Assembly (NCBI GenBank): GCA_016186145.1
Contig: JACPMF010000002.1
Span: forward strand, 82,473-146,472
Origin: Candidatus Sungiibacteriota bacterium
GTDB lineage: Bacteria; Patescibacteriota; Minisyncoccia; Sungbacterales; SURF-37
Length of the DNA stretch: 64,000 nt
Reading direction: 5' to 3'
A program made the translations under genes and the position numbers. Numbering within the stretch: the first letter of the stretch is position 1; every line of letters begins with the position of its first letter. Positions 59,634 through 64,000 of the stretch are shown piece after piece. Under the pieces are notes generated by a model. The model was not told where the DNA came from. It was given only the letters and a program-made list of their open reading frames with translations, and made no database searches.

Positions 59634-60017
59634 TTATGAGAGTAGAGCTGTAAATTCCGGAAAACGGCCGCTCTTTGTCAAATACTCGCTATAAAACTTT
59701 TCTGGCAGGGACACGCCGACCAACGTGACATACAAAGTAGCGACGTCTTCAAGAGTATCGGACGGAAGTCCTCGCAGGGCATCCACACATGCCCTTGCGT
59801 GCATCTTTGCAATCTCGAGATACTCTTTCTTCTTATCGCGAAACCCTTCACCCATCCTGTCTGATTCCCGCTTGATCGCAACCGCAAGGGCAAACGCAAC
59901 TTCTGCCCTAATATTCCTTGACCACCCGTCGTTGAACCTCTTGAAAGCATCGACAAGCTGCCATAGCGACAATTCTTTAAGCCCCCGGCCATCCATAACT
60001 TCGGCAAGTGTCGGCAT
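59634..60017 (-). CDS. Hypothetical protein (127 aa)
   Basis: Strong SD ataAGGAGGacgtATG; helical; no recognised family. Confidence 0.5.
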   Translation of the reverse strand: MPTLAEVMDGRGLKELSLWQLVDAFKRFNDGWSRNIRAEVAFALAVAIKRESDRMGEGFRDKKKEYLEIAKMHARACVDALRGLPSDTLEDVATLYVTLVGVSLPEKFYSEYLTKSGRFPEFTALLS

Positions 60018-60139
60018 ACGTCCTCCTTATTTTGGTTAACAAAGAGCTTGCTGATACTGTTCCCTTAACCTACCAAAGCGCTTGAATTTTTACAATACGC
60101 GGCTTTCGTAAACGGCCCTTTTTTGATACACTTTGACTT

Positions 60140-61234
60140 ATGATTAACGAGATCAAGAAAATCGAGCGATCGGCCAAAACGGAAATTCCCGAAGCAAAAA
60201 CAGCTGAAGATCTGCAGGAACTTAAAATACAATTTTTGGGCAGAGAGCGCGGAGCGCTCACGCTTATACTTCGCGGGCTAAAACAGCTGCCGGAAAAGGA
60301 ACGCGTTCGCGTCGGCAAAGACGCTAACAAGCTTCGGGGCCTCCTGGAGTCACTATTTGAAAAACGGGGCCGCGAATTAGAAGCGCTCACTATCGAATCA
60401 GTGCTCAAAACGGAACGAATTGACGTAACGCGCCCCGGCGTCAGGCAAAAAAGAGGGCACCTTCACCCGCACACGACCGTACTCGACGAAATCGAGCGCA
60501 TTTTCGGTTCAATGGGCTTTGAGGTTGCCGAGGGCCCGGAAGTTGAAACTGAACACTACAACTTTGACGCCCTGAATATTCCGGCGGACCACCCGGCGCG
60601 AGATATGTGGGACACGTTTTGGCTTCGCCAAAACGAAAGCAAAAGGCAAAATTCTCCGCCAGGGGCGAATCCGCCTCAGGCGGAAAAAGTCAAAAGTAAC
60701 GAACGGCTACTGTTACGTACGCATACTTCTCCGGTACAAATCCGGTACATGGAAAAACACAATCCGCCGTTTCGTATTATCGCGCCGGGCAGAGCGTATC
60801 GGTACGAAGCAACCGACGCTTCGCACGAATTCCAATTTTATCAAGTAGAAGGGTTAATGGTGGATAAAACAGTATCCATTGCAAACTTCAAGGCGGTTAT
60901 AGAATCTTTTTTTTCGCAGCTCTTCAAAACAAAAGTGCGAACACGATTGCGCCCGAGTTACTTTCCTTTTGTTGAGCCGGGATTTGAAGTTGACATCGCA
61001 TGCGTCATTTGCAACCAAAAGGGCTGCTCCCCTTGCAAAAAAACCGGATGGCTTGAAATGATGGGCGCGGGGATGGTGCACCCGAATGTTTTCAAGGCCG
61101 CCGGCTACAACCCAAAACAATGGCAAGGATTTGCTTTCGGCATGGGGCTTGACCGCATTGTCATGATGAAATACAAAATCCCGGATATCCGGCTTTTTCA
61201 CTCCGGGGATTTACGGTTTTTAAAACAATTCTAG
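60140..61234 (+). CDS. pheS: Phenylalanine--tRNA ligase alpha subunit
   Basis: Class II aaRS motifs (LLRTHTSPVQIR, FRIIAPGRAYR, GLGLDR-like GMGLDRIVMMKY); 364 aa. Confidence 0.95.
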   Translation: MINEIKKIERSAKTEIPEAKTAEDLQELKIQFLGRERGALTLILRGLKQLPEKERVRVGKDANKLRGLLESLFEKRGRELEALTIESVLKTERIDVTRPGVRQKRGHLHPHTTVLDEIERIFGSMGFEVAEGPEVETEHYNFDALNIPADHPARDMWDTFWLRQNESKRQNSPPGANPPQAEKVKSNERLLLRTHTSPVQIRYMEKHNPPFRIIAPGRAYRYEATDASHEFQFYQVEGLMVDKTVSIANFKAVIESFFSQLFKTKVRTRLRPSYFPFVEPGFEVDIACVICNQKGCSPCKKTGWLEMMGAGMVHPNVFKAAGYNPKQWQGFAFGMGLDRIVMMKYKIPDIRLFHSGDLRFLKQF

Positions 61235-61235
61235 T

Positions 61236-61886
61236 ATGCGCATCTTCCCGCAAGAAAAATCCGCAGAGGCGCCGAAGAGCCCCGACGAAATCCTCTACAA
61301 CTCGATTGCTCAAGAGGCGCTCGCAAAGAAAATAAAAACCGTCCCGCAAAAACTTCCGTTGGAGGATATCCTCTTTTACATGGCCGCGCAAAACAAAATG
61401 CTTTCTTCTGCCGATCTTGCAGTATACGAACGTCGCGTGCGTCGATCGTTAAAAGAGGCAACAGAACGCGCAAAAAAAAGCCAAAACGGCGCTGCAGAGC
61501 GTGAAAAACTTAAGAATCGAAAGGCCTTTTTTGAGTTTGCCGTCCACAAAGGAGGAGAGATGATTGCCAAAAAAGGCGGTTTTAAACCGCAAAACCTGTC
61601 GGGAAACCCTGAAGATTTAAAAAAGAAAGAGCTTGAATATGCCCGCCTTACGCTCAAAGAATATATCCGTCTGGAAGAAGACAAAAAGCTTTCAGCAAGC
61701 CACTTTCTGAACGAAGAATTCAATCCGTCCGACCTTACCGATGAGGATTTACGGATATGGCTGAAAGTTATCGAGAAACAAGTGTCCCGCGAAGAACTTA
61801 CCGAATACGGAAAAACGTATAACGAAGGACCGCAATCAAGACGAGTGTTCCGCCATGCGATTAATAATTTGCTCATAACCTTATGA
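61236..61886 (+). CDS. Hypothetical K/E-rich protein (216 aa) inserted between pheS and pheT, translationally coupled to both
   Basis: The ATG lies 1 nt after the pheS TAG and the stop overlaps the pheT ATG (ATGA). No recognised domain. Confidence 0.55.
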   Translation: MRIFPQEKSAEAPKSPDEILYNSIAQEALAKKIKTVPQKLPLEDILFYMAAQNKMLSSADLAVYERRVRRSLKEATERAKKSQNGAAEREKLKNRKAFFEFAVHKGGEMIAKKGGFKPQNLSGNPEDLKKKELEYARLTLKEYIRLEEDKKLSASHFLNEEFNPSDLTDEDLRIWLKVIEKQVSREELTEYGKTYNEGPQSRRVFRHAINNLLITL

Positions 61887-63924
61887 AATTTTCATATAGC
61901 TGGTTAAAAGAATTGACCGGCTCTAAGGATACGCCGGAAGAGCTGGCGGAGTTTCTGACACTCCGCGTATTTGAGGTCGAATCCGTTGAAAAGCGCGGAA
62001 GCGACTTTGCGCTTGATGTAAAAATATTGCCGAATCGCGTACCAGACGCATCGGGCCACATAGGGCTTGCACGGGAAATAGCGAGTTTGAGGGGCTTGGA
62101 ACTTAGAGCTTGGAACTTAGAATCTAGAATTGTAGAAAAAAAGCCGGCGGCGAGTGAAAAACTGCAGGTAAAAATAGAAGCAGTAAATGACTGCCCACGC
62201 TATGTTGCCCGAATAATAGACAACATAAAAATAAGGCCGAGCCCGGCGTGGTTAAAATCACGACTTGAGGTGTGCGGACTGCAATCGATCAATAATGTCG
62301 TGGATGCCTCGGCCAGCCCTTGCATGTGTTTGATTACGACAAGCTAAAAGCTATTATAGTGAGACGAGCAAAAAAGGGTGAAAAAATTGCGGCGCTAGAC
62401 GGAAAAACTTATGAGTTAAATCCTGAAATTTTAGTAATTTCTGATGAAGTTGAAGCGATTGCAATCGCTGGTATAAAAGGCGGAGCTCATTCTGGAGTAT
62501 CGGAAAAAACTAAAACTATTGTTCTTGAATCAGCAAACTTTGAACAAACACGGATAAGAAAAGCATCTAAATTGCTAAACCTTAAAACAGACGCTTCGTA
62601 CCGTTTTGAACACGGCCTTGACCCCAACTTAACGGAAACCGCGATCAACCGTCTCGCAGAACTCATTATAGAAGTTGCCGGCGGCGAAGTTGCATCCGAA
62701 AATATAGACGAGTATCCCGAAAAGATCGTGCCGCGCCATCTAGCATTACGCTTGGAGTATGTAAACCGGCTTGCTGGGACCTCTTTTCCGCCGGTTATGC
62801 TCGAGGCGGCGTTAAAACGGCTTGGCTATAACTATCAAAAACAGAGAACGGGAGAATATCATGTTGAAACGCCAACAATAAGACAAGACCTGGAACGCGA
62901 AGAAGATCTCATTGAGGAAGTCATCAGAATCTGGGGCTATGAAAAAATCTCGGCGGTCACTCCGGCCGTCACCATGTATGCTGCGAAAGAACATGAAGGA
63001 CATTTTTGGGAACGGCGCATAAAAAATTTTCTTGTCGGGATCGGATTTACCGAAGTTTTTCGTTACGTTTTTACTGGCGAACAAGAAATAAGGACATTTG
63101 ATCTTGACACGCGCTCGCTCATTGAGATCGTCAATCCGCTCGCGCCAGAATATCGATTTCTCACGAACACACCCCTCGCATCTTTTATAAGCGCGGCAAA
63201 AGAAAACGAGGCGCATTTTCCCGCAATCCGCATGTTTGGCATTACAAAAAGTTTTTCAAAAGGGAAAAACGGCTTAGTCAAAGGTGTTGAAGAAAAAAAA
63301 CACCTCGTTCTTGTCTGGTCTGAAAGAACGGAAGGCAGCGAAGAAATTTTCTTCCGCCTAAAGGGGGCCGCGGATGAACTATTCGAATCGCTGGGCCTTG
63401 CCGAATATTGGTACGATGCCCAAACCGAATCAGCAATTCGGAAGAAGGAATTCGGAATGTTCCATCCGTACCGCGTTGCGGAAATCAAAGTTGACGGCGA
63501 AAAAATCGGAGTAGTTGGCGAACTGCATCCGGCGATACGGAAAATCTTGAAAATAAAAAACGTCGTGGCCACGGCAGAAATAGACGCAGAAAAACTTATC
63601 GCGCATGCGAAAACGGAGGCCGAATACATACCCGTTTCACGCTTCCCCGCAGTTATCCGCGACGTAGCGCTCATTGTGCCGGAAGAAGAGAAAACAGAAA
63701 CAGTGGCGAGTATTATTGAAAATACCGGCGGAGAGCTTTTAACGGACGCAGACCTCTTCGACTATTTCCAAGACGAGGAAATGCGCGGAGTAAGAAAAAA
63801 GAGTCTGGCTTTCCATCTTACTTTTCAATCAAAAGACCGGACGCTCACCGACAAAGAAGTCGCCGTTCTTGTTAAAAAAATCGTATCCTCTCTGGAAGAA
63901 AAGGGGTGGACAGTAAGAAAATAA
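61883..63924 (+). CDS. pheT: Phenylalanine--tRNA ligase beta subunit, interrupted by a frameshift near 62300-62345 (track ORFs 61883..62347 and 62320..63924)
   Basis: N-terminal MKFSYSWLKEL...CPRYVARII...SINNVVD, then the frame switches to ...LGQPLHVFDYDKL... (canonical PheT continuation). Both halves match PheT. Either a sequencing error or a pseudogene. Confidence 0.8.
62094..62132. repeat. Tandem 14-bp repeat (GCTTGGAACTTAGA x2 plus diverged third unit) inside pheT coding sequence
   Basis: gcttggaacttagagcttggaacttagaatctagaattg; encodes LELRAWNLESRI in the variable linker. Confidence 0.8.
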
Positions 63925-63927
63925 ACT

Positions 63928-64000
63928 ATGTACGAGTTTCTCTACTTAAAAATCGGCCTTCTGATGTTGGTGTGTTGGATCATACTCTTTTTTCTGAAAC
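63928..64000 (+). CDS. Partial ORF (start only), hydrophobic N-terminus
   Basis: ATG at 63928: MYEFLYLKIGLLMLVCWIILFFLK..., running off the window end. Confidence 0.25.
   Translation, partial: MYEFLYLKIGLLMLVCWIILFFLK

Overview
Annotation of a 64 kb window, read by eye from the sequence and the ORF track. The window is gene-dense and most genes run on the minus strand, and GC is about 50% by eye, with a few AT-rich pockets. It appears to come from an uncultivated bacterium, possibly Patescibacteria/CPR-like; that assignment is low-confidence and rests on three tRNAs lacking an encoded CCA, a giant surface protein anchored by peptidoglycan-binding domains, and a membrane-anchored Clp ATPase.

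The housekeeping backbone comprises galU, clpB, htrA, an Fe-S and oxidative-stress cluster (nfu, sod, ferredoxin, iscU, iscS), a VKOR-DsbA pair, an ABC-2 exporter, FKBP, msrB and msrA, a RelE/ParE toxin-antitoxin pair, typA, peptidase E, NUDIX, a GT-C glycosyltransferase, a complete F1Fo ATP synthase operon (atpBEFH / atpAGDC), 2-Cys peroxiredoxin, a 2026-aa surface protein, a ClpA/C-like ATPase, sppA, an APC-USP transporter, pyrH, pheS and pheT. There are three tRNAs: Gln-CTG, CAT-anticodon (Met or Ile2) and Asp-GTC.

Several things the gene list does not explain stand out:
- A five-copy MITE/REP-like intergenic repeat family with conserved CCCTGTTAAAT / ATTTAACAGGG termini.
- A 32-bp perfect palindrome present both in-frame inside iscS and in an intergenic site.
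- In-frame short tandem repeats (7-, 8- and 14-mers) inside iscS, atpG and pheT.
- A small antisense gene wedged into the ATP synthase operon.
- An AT-rich NYN-nuclease gene followed by a 357-bp element bounded by perfect 23-bp terminal inverted repeats.
- An AT-rich two-gene cassette abutting tRNA-Gln, next to a duplicated copy of the tRNA 5' half.
- A GC-rich structured region and a cluster of hypothetical genes after tRNA-Asp.
- A small-protein operon that includes a Cys-rich peptide.
- Frameshifts in pheT and in the 3' end of the giant surface-protein gene.

No CRISPR array, integrase or transposase gene was seen.
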